A stretch of 64,000 bases of DNA from Balanoglossus misakiensis (taxonomy: Eukaryota; Animalia; Hemichordata). The notes under the pieces were generated by a model. That model saw only the letters and a list, made by a program, of their open reading frames with translations, made no database searches and had not been told where the DNA came from. A program made the position numbers and the translations under genes. The number at the start of each line of letters is the position of its first letter. Within the stretch, counting starts at the first letter, position 1. Below, piece by piece: positions 27,101-46,800 of the stretch. Location: the NCBI GenBank assembly GCA_040954595.2, contig CM082587.2, positions 2,013,000 through 2,076,999 on the forward strand, in the 5' to 3' direction.

Positions 27101-29421
27101 ACACATACAGTGCCAAGTCAGTGGTTTTCAATTGCCCGTGATAGCCAGCTCACTGTCATACAATTGTAGGCTATGATCTCAACAGAATCTAATCCCTCAG
27201 GCCTAACTTGCGGATTTTTATTACCCATTAGGCCTTGTGTTTTATGGGTGTCCAGATTAGTGAAATGAAACCAAATAATTCTGTAGGGCTTCATGTGAGG
27301 TGTACACAAGAATCTACACATCCTGGCCAGTGCAAGCATATACCCAACTGAGAGCAAATACTCAGTAATGTCAGAACTATAACTAGCAACATCCATCCAC
27401 CATTGTCAAGTATACATACTTCACAATGACAGCTTCAGTCATGTAAAAGACTACTGTATATTGTATTTACTTACAAGTCTACATTATGATAAAATTTGAG
27501 ACCTTCATTGTGTTACAGATACATTCTTTGATAGGAATGCTTACAGTACTTGCCAACAGAATAAATAGCTTTTTTTATTATCAAATTCAGTCGGGTACAT
27601 TACATTTGATATTTTTCTGACACTAAAACAGAGGCAAAATAGTTGTTCAATATTCCCTAGTTTAAAATAGTAATAAATTATGACTGCAAGTTGGCTGTCT
27701 TGACTAATTAGTTTGAAATTCCTTCTGGGAGCAGACATTGACATACCTTCACTGCCAATAAATTATCTGAAGCATGGACACATCAAGGCCAGAAATTCAA
27801 ACACCAATAAATAATCATGGCAGTTCTAATGTAAAATTGACTGAACTTTGCTCTTGAAATCACAACATCAAATCAATTCAACATTTTTTTTATAATTTGA
27901 ACGAGGTTATTTTATCTCATGCCGTGGTTTAGACATTTGTTTTAATAGACGGCAGAAGTGTTGGACTAAATCTGGGGAACAAACAGTTGCTTAGTAACAC
28001 ATGCATTTAGAAACCAACTTCACAGGTACAATAAGCTGGCTAAGTGTGTACATAGCAGTGGTTGCTCACCCTGATTTATGCCCTCAAATTATACCTATGG
28101 CTGTGTAACACCACCAAGATATTGGACAAACATAACACTTGTGCCTACCAATGCTAAAAGCACTGTTAATTCAACCACCATCTACAAATGTACCTTATTT
28201 TTCAAAAATTATTCTCTCCTCATACCATGGATTGCAGTCATTTAATCTTGTATGCTCTAAGATTTTCTGTCTGAGATACTAAATCTTGACAAGAACAGAT
28301 ATCTTTCAAATAACACAACAGCTTTAGAGACAATAGCATTATATAGCTACTGTACATACCATAAGTATGTTTGAAGAATGTGGTCTTGTACAGTATGTAT
28401 ATAAGCTATGCCAAGTACCTCCCATGAATACTTGGCTACTTCATAAAATAATAATCTCTCTTTGATCAAAAAAGCCTATGGTATTGCTTCTAATCACATT
28501 ATTGTTTCCTTTGATGTGTTGATTTCTAGCAACTCATCTGCCAATCATATGGTTTTGTTTGTGTCAGTGTGTTTGGGGCGGACTGGGCTGTCAGCTGGTG
28601 GGAGGGGTCTTCATGCAATGCTTGGATTGACCACGGTTTACATGTAACGAACCCAGCATTATATTGAAATCGACAACATCGTGATGTTGAAATGGTACCA
28701 CGTCATGCCATGTAAGTATCAGCGCCGCGAGCTTTAGTAACGATCACTGATTGTGATATCCTTCTATGCATACCCGGAAGCTGATTTGATTTTTTTCAAT
28801 TCGTTCACGCGAAGAAGTAAACAACGATTGAACTATACCTGAAATCGGAAAAGGAAATGTTTTTCGCCAGTAATGTTTGTGAATGACAATATAAACCTAA
28901 TACACGGAACGAACCTTTGAACAAGACTTTGAAACATTCAAGTAACAGGAAGCGGGCCCCTAAAAGTATTCGGACTTTGTAATTGCATAAAAAAAAGGCG
29001 TGATTTTGAGATGGGCGACGATGATCATGGACGTGTATGTGTGTGCACATTCACAATTTCGTCTGTCCACATTGACAGTCGCCTAGAAATTCATAAAATG
29101 TACACAAACAATAGATCATGCAAGAGTTGAAGCGCAATGTGATGATCGACACTAACGCAAGATTTTGACGCACAAACCAGGAAACTTCGAACATTAGCAA
29201 TCGGGTGTTTTACTGACCTGGGACATTTGTGGGCGGAGCGCCACATCTTTCAAGTCGATAGCTCCTGGAAACAGCTTGTTCAATAGCTGACATAATAACA
29301 CTCCGTCCCTTAAGGTTTGTGCCAAGTCGAAGGCTTGCGATCCTTCCCATGTCACTCTGTGGTTTGGTGGTATGACTTGACACTCGATCAGCCACTGGGC
29401 ACAGTATCTCCATTCCTCCAT
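12200..29421 (-). CDS. VAV: Vav family Rho/Rac guanine nucleotide exchange factor (CH-acidic-DH-PH-C1-SH3-SH2-SH3), multi-exon
   Basis: CH: [11 protein letters not shown]...[14 protein letters not shown] and [12 protein letters not shown]: [17 protein letters not shown]: [15 protein letters not shown]1: [21 protein letters not shown]3 and SH2 exons follow, ending with the SH3 [15 protein letters not shown]...[13 protein letters not shown]. Confidence 0.97.
19003..19020 (-). CDS. VAV: Candidate 18-nt Vav microexon (TLDKLW) within the PH domain
   Basis: A long pyrimidine tract precedes ctag|ACATTGGACAAGTTATGG|gtatgt. It is phase 0-0 inside a phase 0 intron. Confidence 0.65.
22732..22858 (-). 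CDS. VAV: Vav acidic-region alternative exon B (127 nt, phase 2-0)
   Basis: cccag|T GAG CGT GAC...CCG CAG|gtaag encodes [42 protein letters not shown]. Confidence 0.9.
22950..23079 (-). CDS. VAV: Vav acidic-region alternative exon A (130 nt, phase 2-0)
   Basis: tgtag|T GAA ATA GAC...CAC GAG|gtgag encodes [43 protein letters not shown]. Confidence 0.85.
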
Positions 29422-32400
29422 CTTGGAGCTTGGGGATCTTCAACCTCGTACCAGAACTTACGAAATGAGTGTTTACCCTGGCCTATGTAAAGTAATATCC
29501 AATGTCCGACGGAAGTACAACACAGTCACGAACGAGTCCGTTATCTTTAAAAAGGGATTTTTAGTGAATACAGTGAAATATCACGATATTTAAATACACC
29601 AATACAACTGGAACACTCTCTGAAAGACCAATATACACTATAAAACTTGTAAACCGCAAAACGCGTCGCGTACAAGGCAAAATGCATAAATATTCCAGTT
29701 CCCTGGCACTGGTCTTTTGCGCATGCGAATTGTGTCGTTGCTACAATTTGCGGAAGAAGAAACAAACACGTACAAGTCTACTACGTCAAACGCGGAAGTG
29801 AAAACGTCAACAAATCGCTGGAAAGGTGACATTAGCATGACAGATCAGAGACTTAACATCGGGTAAAACTATTTCCTGAATATTCAAATTCTCATATATA
29901 TATTTTTTGGTCCTGACTTCCCTATCCCTTACATTGTAGCTGTCAGACACACAGCCCTGGCACACAGAGCTACATGTACATTATAAAGTAGAAAAATGAA
30001 TGTATAAGAACTATTCTGCATATTGGGCCTGTTTTATCATTGGTACTTCACAGGATGAGGTACAAAATCCCAGTATTATGTAGACTGAAGTGTTTTTGTG
30101 CATTGATTTCAACAATAAGCCAGTGTACAATGAGGTAGTATAGGCATTTGTTGAAGTTTTAACTAATACAAGATGTTCATACTTTTTTGTACCACAACAG
30201 GCACTGTCAAAATGAAAAGTTTACCAAGTGGCATTCAGTCAAAGTCAATGTAAATGAGCAGGAATAAACTCCAAACAGACACCACACATTTCATCAAGGA
30301 ACGATACGAAGACACTGCATTGGTGATCTATCGCAAACAGCAGAGTTCGTCAGCCAGAGCAGTGTCCCCTCAGCCCTCCCACTCGCAGCAGTCACAGAGT
30401 CGAGACAAGAAATCCTACCTCTACAGTCATTATGGAAATGAAGCTGTTGTCGTGCACCAAGAAGGCCGTGATGTCACCAAGAAAGATCCACACACTGTAC
30501 AGTCCCAGTTGTGTATAGTGATGTGAAACGTTGCTTCTTCTGTATGGAGCTGCAGTGAATGGTTTGTAAGACGTAACAACATGAGGGCCTGATCTCAAAT
30601 GACAGTTTAGGGAATCAAGTGTGACTCCACCCACACAAGCAGTTGGTTCACACGTGTACGTGTGCATGTGTGCATACCTACATATGTGTGTGCGTGCATG
30701 AAGACATCAAGATCTACACAGCTTTATCCAACAGACTGGATCTTGCCTGCGCTTAGATGTCTGCCTCCCTAGTACAGCAATGCAAAGACTTAGTTCTAAC
30801 ATTCAAAGTAACTTATATTTATATTGCTTGATGTTTTAACAATGTACAGAGCAATACATTTTATGAATTAACAGTGTTTTAAGTAGTTTTGCAGTTACTT
30901 TTTATTTGAAAATATTTATTTTACCTCCGTAATAATTGCACATCGACGTGCTTTATCCACCCACCTCTTCCCCTGAAAACAAATTAAAGAAGCCTTGTTC
31001 TTGCCTTTCACATTCAGTGCTTTAATCAATCCATCCATACACTGTCACTATGTGATTTCTTTCTATTTGAAGTGTACACTGAGTTTGAGAAGTAATGAAA
31101 TTTGATATTGTTTTTATAAATAAAAATGTCATACAACTTCAATAAGCATTGTCACATTTATTTCATCTCGTTTTGCTATGGTGTTTCTGGTTCTTCTGAT
31201 CCTAATTTTCAGTAACTTTGATGCTCTGAAGTCATTGGTTACTGGTTACTCTATTTGGCCATTGAGGGCGCACAACAAGAGTTCACAAAGACTCGGAATG
31301 CAAGAACTGGCTGTATATTCTCCCACAATGAGTGAAAGAAAAGTAATAGACCTGAAAACAATTCCACTGTATTTGTTGTTTTTTATTGACTTTGCATCAT
31401 CATTTCCGTCAATGGTTTCTCCGTACAAAACAGTCGTAGCTCTGCACATGTGTTATGTACATCAAATTGCAGACATATAAATCTGTCAAGAAGCCAAAGG
31501 TGTATATGACACTAGCCAACTAATATAAATAAACTTGGTGTGACCATTCACTTACAATTGGAGAGATGAAGATAGGAATTACATGTATTCAAATAATTAA
31601 AGTACAAAAGAACGTTGATGTTTTCAACTCAAACTACATGTGAACTACATATGTGCTCTAAACGATGACATGAACAAGTGTGAAATATCACGCTTTGGCA
31701 ATGCTTGGAATGCAGGTAGTTTTTTGTGTGTTGATATGATTTCATATACTCTTATCTAGGATCTGCCATCAGAAACGTGAACTACACAAACACATGTACT
31801 CATGGTTTTTGATCTATATAAAAACTAACTTGTCTAAAGTACATAACCACATCAATATGATGAGTAGGGACAACATAGTTGAAATCTGAGAACCTAAATG
31901 CCAAATTCTTTCAAAAGTGGTGCATGACAATGGTTATTAGAGTTTCAGTGAGGTTCGCTAAATCACTTTATACATCTAAGACTGTGCGTGAACTTGAAGA
32001 ACTTGAGAAGTACAGCTGCATTCACACTAAATTGAATTTTATCTACTGAGGTAAATTTGCAATCCAGACAAGCATCCCTCAGAATAAAACTGACAGTGCA
32101 AATCATAGACACTTTGATTCCCACGTGAATAAATAAAAAATATTTTCTTTGCAGTGAACAAAATATTACAATTACACAGTAAATAGGAGAGGTCGTAACT
32201 TTACAGCAGCTGAATCTTTGGAATAATTATGGTATGATTTAATATCAGAGGAAATGCTTCAAAATGAAACATGACCTGCAACTCAACGGATTTTACATTG
32301 GAAAATATATTGGGCAAGTTTGACAGTAGACAACAATAGTACATACATTTGTACTAAGAATACAAAGAATACATGTGTTTTAAATTATCAAATGGTCTAA

Positions 32401-33068
32401 TCATTTCCCCATCTCTGAACAGAAATAATCTAGAAATCTGTCACATTCTGTTTCAGAAATTAAGGATTCTGATGCTGTTCTGTGTGCCTTTTTTGCATCC
32501 AATGACTTTTGCACACCAGGCTAAACAGAGTTGAATAATATCTTACTGCTCATTGCAGGCTCAAAAACTGACGAAACAATATATTTTTCATTCTCAATTT
32601 CAAATAACACAAGCTGTCAAGCAAACAGAGGTAACTTTCGCTCTTTCATAAAGTGAACAACAAATGTAACAACCAAAACTCTTTTGCACGAATTTAAATA
32701 TATAAACTAAAATAACTTTAAAACTATCGAAATAAATTCTACATCACTGTGTTCTGTTTTCAGAGTTCTCTTTCAATATTGCCTTCCATGTGAAAGTCAT
32801 TTAAATGGCAAAATGTTTCTTAATTTCACATGGCAGTATGCCCTAAGAGAATGTTTAGGAAAGCATTGCCCAACGAAGTTTTGTCAAACTTTCCTTTTTG
32901 CATTTTCTTTTTTCCAGGTTGTCTGACCCCCCCCCCCTCCCCCTCAAAAATGAGGCACTTCAAAAATGTAAGCTGTGAGAGCATCTACTGATAACATTTC
33001 TTTGCTAGAACCAAAGAGAGCTTAGCAGAGTTTCCTCTGCAATAATCCCATTACTAATTCCTGCTCCG

Positions 33069-39713
<6,645 letters not shown>

Positions 39714-40552
39714 GATGCAAACAGCAACACTTCCTAGTTGGGGCTCGGCAAAATCTTCAGATATTCCAAAAACTCGGGTTGCTGAGTACTCGGAAAATGG
39801 ATATGCGCGTCAGAATAGCAGAAAACTTAAATTTGCACCTATAAATTTAACAAAACTCCGCAAGTATTCCGAAAATGCACGGTTATTTCATGTGTGGCCT
39901 TGTCTGACGCATATCGCTCACGTTTGCAGAGCGTTCTGAAAATGTAAGCCTGCGCATGCTCAACAGTCCATCATGCATTGCGGAATTCCTTGTCCACCGG
40001 GCAAATTCCCGGATGGAAACACCTGGACGTGGGTAGACAAAGCATAGACGCTGGACGTGTGAAGCCAGCTCATGTTCCAGGTACCTGCCGTCGCTTCGAA
40101 TCGATAAGGTCGTTCGTTACCCTGTTGTATGCAAAAGACGACCCTGGTAAAATGTGCTTGAACTAGAAGCGCTAAATTGTGGCAAAGATGTTTCGAAGTA
40201 CAGACCAAAGTACGATTCAAGCGAAAAAGACCGAACCATCTCTCGAAATTGCACTTTCACTGTTTTTTGAGGTTGTATAATTAATGCTTGGGAGCAGTTT
40301 CACCGAAATAACACTGTCACTGTTCCTTTAACTTGGAAAAGTCACTTTTCCTTAGTTTTGCCGCATGCATTTCTCATGCATTTCGTCGATGGCGCTCTTT
40401 AGTTGCTAACTCGTTTCTTTCCAAAGTAAAGTCTGCCGGCTGGTGACTTATAATCATGCTATACCATTATGAAATTATCTATCGGGTTATTATGGTTATG
40501 ATGTAGGATAATCTTAGAACTCATGCACCCTGGTACCCTTGTCTTATGTCTG

Positions 40553-40600
40553 TGAGTGAGAGAGCGGGTGAGTGAGTGAGTGAGTGAGTGAGTGAGTGAG
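40553..40600. repeat. (GAGT)n tetranucleotide microsatellite upstream of the sulfotransferase
   Basis: Directly visible gtgagtgagtgagt run. Confidence 0.9.
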
Positions 40601-40808
40601 CGAGCGACCGCGAGCGACAGTGACTGACTTAATGACTGAGTTTCGATGGGGCATGACGTATTAGGACACAGTTTAGTCACAATGAAGTGGCCAATTTGAA
40701 ATCGACCAGCTGTCACAAATCATAGTCCATTGTGTTTCTGTCAAGAGATGGTAGGCTACCTTGTGAAAAGAATTAAAGCGGACGTGTACTAGTGTGATTG
40801 ATACCAAC

Positions 40809-42065
40809 ATGGGAGCTGGCATAAAATTTGTACACGTCTCTTTCATCATTGTGGCATCGTTTTCGATGATATTTCTTTTTTCTCTGTCAACACTGCAGCA
40901 ACACAGTGGCAGCTCTTGTTCGTGTGATAGTTGTTTGCTCGAGCGTGGCGATCAGTCAGAAATCGTCGAAGACATATTTTCCATAGACATCGCCACCCAA
41001 GAGCCGATGCTCCCGCTCGATAGCAGTTCCGACTTCGCTGTTCCCACCACAGACGACGTCGACTTGCTCCCGAAGGATGATGACGAAATGCCCACACCAA
41101 CTTGGGATGCCAGCTTCCGAGAAAGCGACTACATACGCGCGAAATTTGACGATTTCTGTTACAAACCACAGCCGCCTTACTACGATGCGACCAAATATTC
41201 CGAACTGCGGCTTTCGCCAGAAATGTTAAAGAAGAAGGGCTGCAGACAACGACTGCCGACAGTTATCATTCCCGGGGCGAGAAAATGTGGCACTGGAGCA
41301 CTTCTCAAATTTTTGTTCGTTCATCCAAATATCACGGGACCTCCTGGTGAAATACATTACTTCAGCTCAAGGACAGATACCAATTTGAGCGAATACCGAA
41401 GTAAGATGCCATTTACAACGCAATACCAAATTACCATGGAGAAGACGCCGACGTATTTTTACCGACCCTTCAACACTCCACAACTCATCCAGAAAGAACT
41501 CTCAACAAATACAAAGATCATCATGGTCTTATGCGACCCGGTTCGACGAGCTGTTTCCGATTACTTGGAGTTTATATGGCGCGATGTACGGAAACACGAC
41601 GACCCAAGATATCGGGCGGTGAAAGAGACTTTTGAAGAAACCATTGATGACAGTGCGATGTTCTATGGTGGTGTTCAACCTCTACACGAAATAATAGATG
41701 TTGGAATCTACGTCAAGCATTTGATCAGATGGTTTGACGCCTTCCCACGTGATCAAATCCTACTTCTCGACGGCACACACCTATCCACGGATCCGTTTCC
41801 CGAGCTGCAGCGAGTCGAAAAATTCCTTGGCTTGAGGAGCTATTTCAGGAAAGAGCATTTTTCATTCAATGAAGAACGGGGACTTTTCTGTATTGAATTT
41901 CCAAGTAACTTTTGCTTGTCCAAAGCAAAAGGCCGCGAGCATCCAAGAATCAACGCGAAAACCTGGCAAAATATGTGTGACTTTTACGCGCCTTACAATA
42001 AAGCGCTGGTTGATATGACAGGTCAGAACTTCACGTGGGTTGGCAAATGTCCCGAACAATATTGA
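40809..42065 (+). CDS. Heparan sulfate glucosamine 3-O-sulfotransferase-like type II membrane protein, intronless
   Basis: N-terminal TM anchor and acidic stem. Motifs are RLPTVIIPGARKCGTGALL (5'-PSB), EIHYF, EKTPTYF, DPVRRAVSDY (3'-PB) and CLSKAKGREHP. Confidence 0.9.
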   Translation: MGAGIKFVHVSFIIVASFSMIFLFSLSTLQQHSGSSCSCDSCLLERGDQSEIVEDIFSIDIATQEPMLPLDSSSDFAVPTTDDVDLLPKDDDEMPTPTWDASFRESDYIRAKFDDFCYKPQPPYYDATKYSELRLSPEMLKKKGCRQRLPTVIIPGARKCGTGALLKFLFVHPNITGPPGEIHYFSSRTDTNLSEYRSKMPFTTQYQITMEKTPTYFYRPFNTPQLIQKELSTNTKIIMVLCDPVRRAVSDYLEFIWRDVRKHDDPRYRAVKETFEETIDDSAMFYGGVQPLHEIIDVGIYVKHLIRWFDAFPRDQILLLDGTHLSTDPFPELQRVEKFLGLRSYFRKEHFSFNEERGLFCIEFPSNFCLSKAKGREHPRINAKTWQNMCDFYAPYNKALVDMTGQNFTWVGKCPEQY

Positions 42066-43855
42066 CATCATACATGTAGTGGGATTTGATTCTATCCTGG
42101 TTCTCCCAAATCTGCACGTGTACAGTGTACATATGTCAGTAGAAAGAGCTTGCTGTAAGTTATTTCTGAGCAACATGAGTTTACCAAAAATGAAAACGTA
42201 GCCAATTTATCAACAATTCCAACGAACAGTTCTGGTACTTAGCATTCTGAAAGTAAACAATTTACAGGTTTTAGGGTTAATATGCCTGTTAAAATGTGTC
42301 TTTGCTGGAGGTCTACGGATTCCGCCTAATACGGGTCAGCCACACGATTTAATTCATTGAATTTCTAGAAAATATGTTATGTGTCAAATTTGAATAGCAA
42401 CCACGCAGTGTCACCGCACATTTATGTTACAAGTAAAGCCAACATCAGATGTTTCATCCTCTATTGTAGTGCTGGATTATGACCACGACCACAATTCAAA
42501 GACTCTAATGCCGCCATTTGCATGATTTGAATGCAATGTAAATAATTCATCTTTAAATAGCATGAACCAGTGGTTCTAGCTGTAATCAACAAAACGACAT
42601 TTTAAGTAAATAGCAAATATATTGCCGAGTACATGTATATAAGTATCATTCTTGAACGAGAGATATTAGTTCTAAATGAGAAAACTTTGATGGTAAGCTG
42701 AATATGACGGAATGAAATGAGATTTTTAAAAAACACAACCTTAACCAAAATGGCAGGAGTGAGTGACCTCCAACAAGACTTTTTTGTGATGGGAGAATGC
42801 TTGTAGATGATCAGGCAAGTACATTTACTTTATCAGTGCCTGGTACCACTGTTTCTGACGGGCAGCAATCTAAAAAATCCATACATTTGATCATACGATA
42901 TTCTGATTTTTTTTTATCGGAAATGGTCTTATCGGAGGGATTAGTGATTTTCTCACCAACATCTCACAAAGAGTGTTGTATATCAAATATGCTACAGACA
43001 CCAACTGGTTCGCCTGGGGGCCTATGCCCTATCCCATTTCCTTGCATTGATAACATATGTTACACCGCCGATTAAAAAATCAATGAATGTTGAGCTTGAG
43101 TGATTAAATGCTGCTTTTTACAAATGTCACTGATATAACCTCGTGGATTATGCATATTCAAATGGTTGTCGCTTATCCTGCTTGCACCAAGAGTGCCACA
43201 CGCATACTTGCTGCATATTTGATCTTTGTGCATTATGAAGATGCTAACTATTCACGAAGAGGGTTACAGTGTTATTGGTCACAAGAGATTCACACGTGCC
43301 TGTATTAGACTCTCTCATAGCCCACGGTTCGCTACAAGGCTCTTCACTGACGTGCCCTCAACCGTTTAGCAAAGGAAAACACCATATGGTGTTGTGTGGT
43401 AAACCTGGCACACACGCAATCAGCCCTAAAGCCTGCAAAAGGGGCTATGACAGAGTCCCGGAGAGAGAATTCAGACATGCCTGTGTCTGCTTGTTAGTGA
43501 ACCTAAGAGATTTGTTCCATGAACACTCAATATTGTCATTCCCATAATCTCTTCAGGTTACCCTACCCGATTCTTGTAGTGGGCATTTATTTCCCCCCGA
43601 GGAGCGTCACTGCTTTTGAGTGGCAGGCCAGCTATCCAGTAGGCTATAGGATTCACAAGTAAAGCGTGCCCAATCCCAAATGAAAAGTATTATGGCATAT
43701 GCTACCACTGAAAGATCACTCAGAATGATAGATCGGGGATTATACGCCACTGAAAGATGAAATGCTTCTTTAGTAAGTAATCCAATGGGTTTTCACTCTC
43801 TCGATACATCATGTATTATGTGGATACCTTTTCATGTCCAGATGTGCAGCACACA

Positions 43856-46800
43856 CTGCGGTGCAAATAACAGTTCCCTACCCGCAACCATCTGACCGTT
43901 CTTTATTCACTCCTCGGTGACAAAAACGTTTTATTACGGCCCAAATAACGACTTTTTCGCTCCTTGGTTGCAGTGGTGCAAATTCGAGTTCGCTCCGCTG
44001 CGGTGCAAATAAGAGTTCCTTGCACCGCAACGATCTGACCGTTCTTTATTCACTCCTCGACGACAAAAAATAAAATAAAAATTTAGTCGTCCTAAAAATA
44101 AAAATTACAATGATAATGTCGTTAAAAGTTCTGAAAAAAACGAAATAGAAAAAAAAAAGTGGTCTCGAACCAACATCAGTTGACACCTTCAGGCAAAAGG
44201 CTAGCCTTCCTGAACACTTCGCCACCACGATGTTTACTCGAAATGGACGGAAATTTACCGCACTATATTGCAGCATAACTACCATGATCTTATTTGCACC
44301 GCAGCGGTGCAAATTCTTATTTGCACCGCAGCGGTGCAAATAAGAGTTCGCTCCGCTGCGGTGCAAATAAGAGTTCCTTGCACCGCAACGATCTGACCGT
44401 TCTTTATTCACTCCTCGACGACAAAAAATAAAATAAAAATTTAGTCGTCCTAAAAATAAAAATTACAATGACAATGTCGTTAAAAGTTCTAAAAAAAAGA
44501 AATAGAAAATAAAAAGTGGTCTCGAACCAACATTAGTTGACACCTTCAGGTAAAAAGCTTAGTCGTCCTGAACCCTTCGCCATCACGACGTGTACTCGAA
44601 ACCGTCGGAAATTTACCGCACTATATTGCAGCATAACTACCATGATCTTATTTGCACCGCAGCGGTGCAAATTCTTATTTGCACCGCAGCGGTGCAAATA
44701 AGAGTTCGCTCCGCTGCGGTGCAAATAAGAGTTCCTTGCACCGCAACGATCTGACCGTTCTTTATTCACTCCTCGACGACAAAAAATAAAATAAAAATTT
44801 AGTCGTCCTAAAAATAAAAATTACAATGATAATGTCGTTAAAAGTTCTAAAAAAAAAGAAATAGCAAATAAAAAGTGGTCTCGAACCAACATTAGTTGAC
44901 ACCTTCAGGTAAAAAGCTTAGTCGTCCTGAACCCTTCGCCATCACGACGTGTACTCGAAACCGTCGGAAATTTACCGCACTATATTGCAGCATAACTACC
45001 ATGATCTTATTTGCACCGCAGCGGTGCAAATTCTTATTTGCACCGCAGCGGTGCAAATAAGAGTTCGCTCCGCTGCGGTGCAAATAAGAGTTCCTTGCAC
45101 CGCAACGATCTGACCGTTCTTTATTCACTCCTCGACGACAAAAAATAAAATAAAAATTTAGTCGTCCTAAAAATAAAAATTACAATGACAATGTCGTTAA
45201 AAGTTCTAAAAAAAAAGAAATAGAAAATAAAAAGTGGTCTCGAACCAACATTAGTTGACACCTTCAGGTAAAAAGATTAGTCGTCCTGAACCCTTCGCCA
45301 TCACGACGTGTACTCGAAACCGTCGGAAATTTACCGCACTATATTGCAGCATAACTACCATGATCTTATTTGCACCGCAGCGGTGCAAATTCTTATTTGC
45401 ACCGCAGCGGTGCAAATAAGAGTTCGCTCCGCTGCGGTGCAAATAAGAGTTCCTTGCACCGCAACGATCTGACCGTTCTTTATTCACTCCTCGACGACAA
45501 AAAATAAAATAAAAATTTAGTCGTCCTAAAAATAACAATTACAATGATATTGTCGTTAAAAGTTCTAAAAAAAAAGAAATAGAAAATAAAAAGTGGTCTC
45601 GAACCAACATTAGTTGACACCTTCAGGTAAAAAGCTTAGTCGTCCTGAACCCTTCGCCATCACGACGTGTACTCGAAACCGTCGGAAATTTACCACACTA
45701 TATTGCAGCATAACTACCATGATCTTATTTGCACCGCAGCGGTGCAAATTCTTATTTGCACCGCAGCGGTGCAAATAAGAGTTCGCTCCGCTGCGGTGCA
45801 AATAAGAGTTCCTTGCACCGCAACGATCTGACCGTTCTTTATTCACTCCTCGACGACAAAAAATAAAATAAAAATTTAGTCGTCCTAAAAATAACAATTA
45901 CAATGATATTGTCGTTAAAAGTTCTAAAAAAAAAGAAATAGAAAATAAAAAGTGGTCTCGAACCAACATTAGTTGACACCTTCAGGTAAAAAGCTTAGTC
46001 GTCCTGAACCCTTCGCCATCACGACGTGTACTCGAAACCGTCGGAAATTTACCGCACTATATTGCAGCATAACTACCATGATCTTATTTGCACCGCAGCG
46101 GTGCAAATTCTTATTTGCACCGCAGCGGTGCAAATAAGAGTTCGCTCCGCTGCGGTGCAAATAAGAGTTCCTTGCACCGCAACGATCTGACCGTTCTTTA
46201 TTCACTCCTCGACGACAAAAAATAAAATAAAAATTTAGTCGTCCTAAAAATAAAAATTACAATGACAATGTCGTTAAAAGTTCTAAAAAAAAGAAATAGA
46301 AAATAAAAAGTGGTCTCGAACCAACATTAGTTGACACCTTCAGGTAAAAAGCTTAGTCGTCCTGAACCCTTCGCCATCACGACGTGTACTCGAAACCGTC
46401 GGAAATTTACCGCACTATATTGCAGCATAACTACCATGATCTTATTTGCACCGCAGCGGTGCAAATTCTTATTTGCACCGCAGCGGTGCAAATAAGAGTT
46501 CGCTCCGCTGCGGTGCAAATAAGAGTTCCTTGCACCGCAACGATCTGACCGTTCTTTATTCACTCCTCGACGACAAAAAATAAAATAAAAATTTAGTCGT
46601 CCTAAAAATAAAAATTACAATGATAATGTCGTTAAAAGTTCTAAAAAAAAAGAAATAGCAAATAAAAAGTGGTCTCGAACCAACATTAGTTGACACCTTC
46701 AGGTAAAAAGCTTAGTCGTCCTGAACCCTTCGCCATCACGACGTGTACTCGAAACCGTCGGAAATTTACCGCACTATATTGCAGCATAACTACCATGATC

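Noticed and set aside
29900-33060. 3-kb AT-rich gap between Vav and COP1 with short ORFs
   Set aside because: No coherent exon structure; most likely COP1 3' UTR plus Vav upstream sequence.
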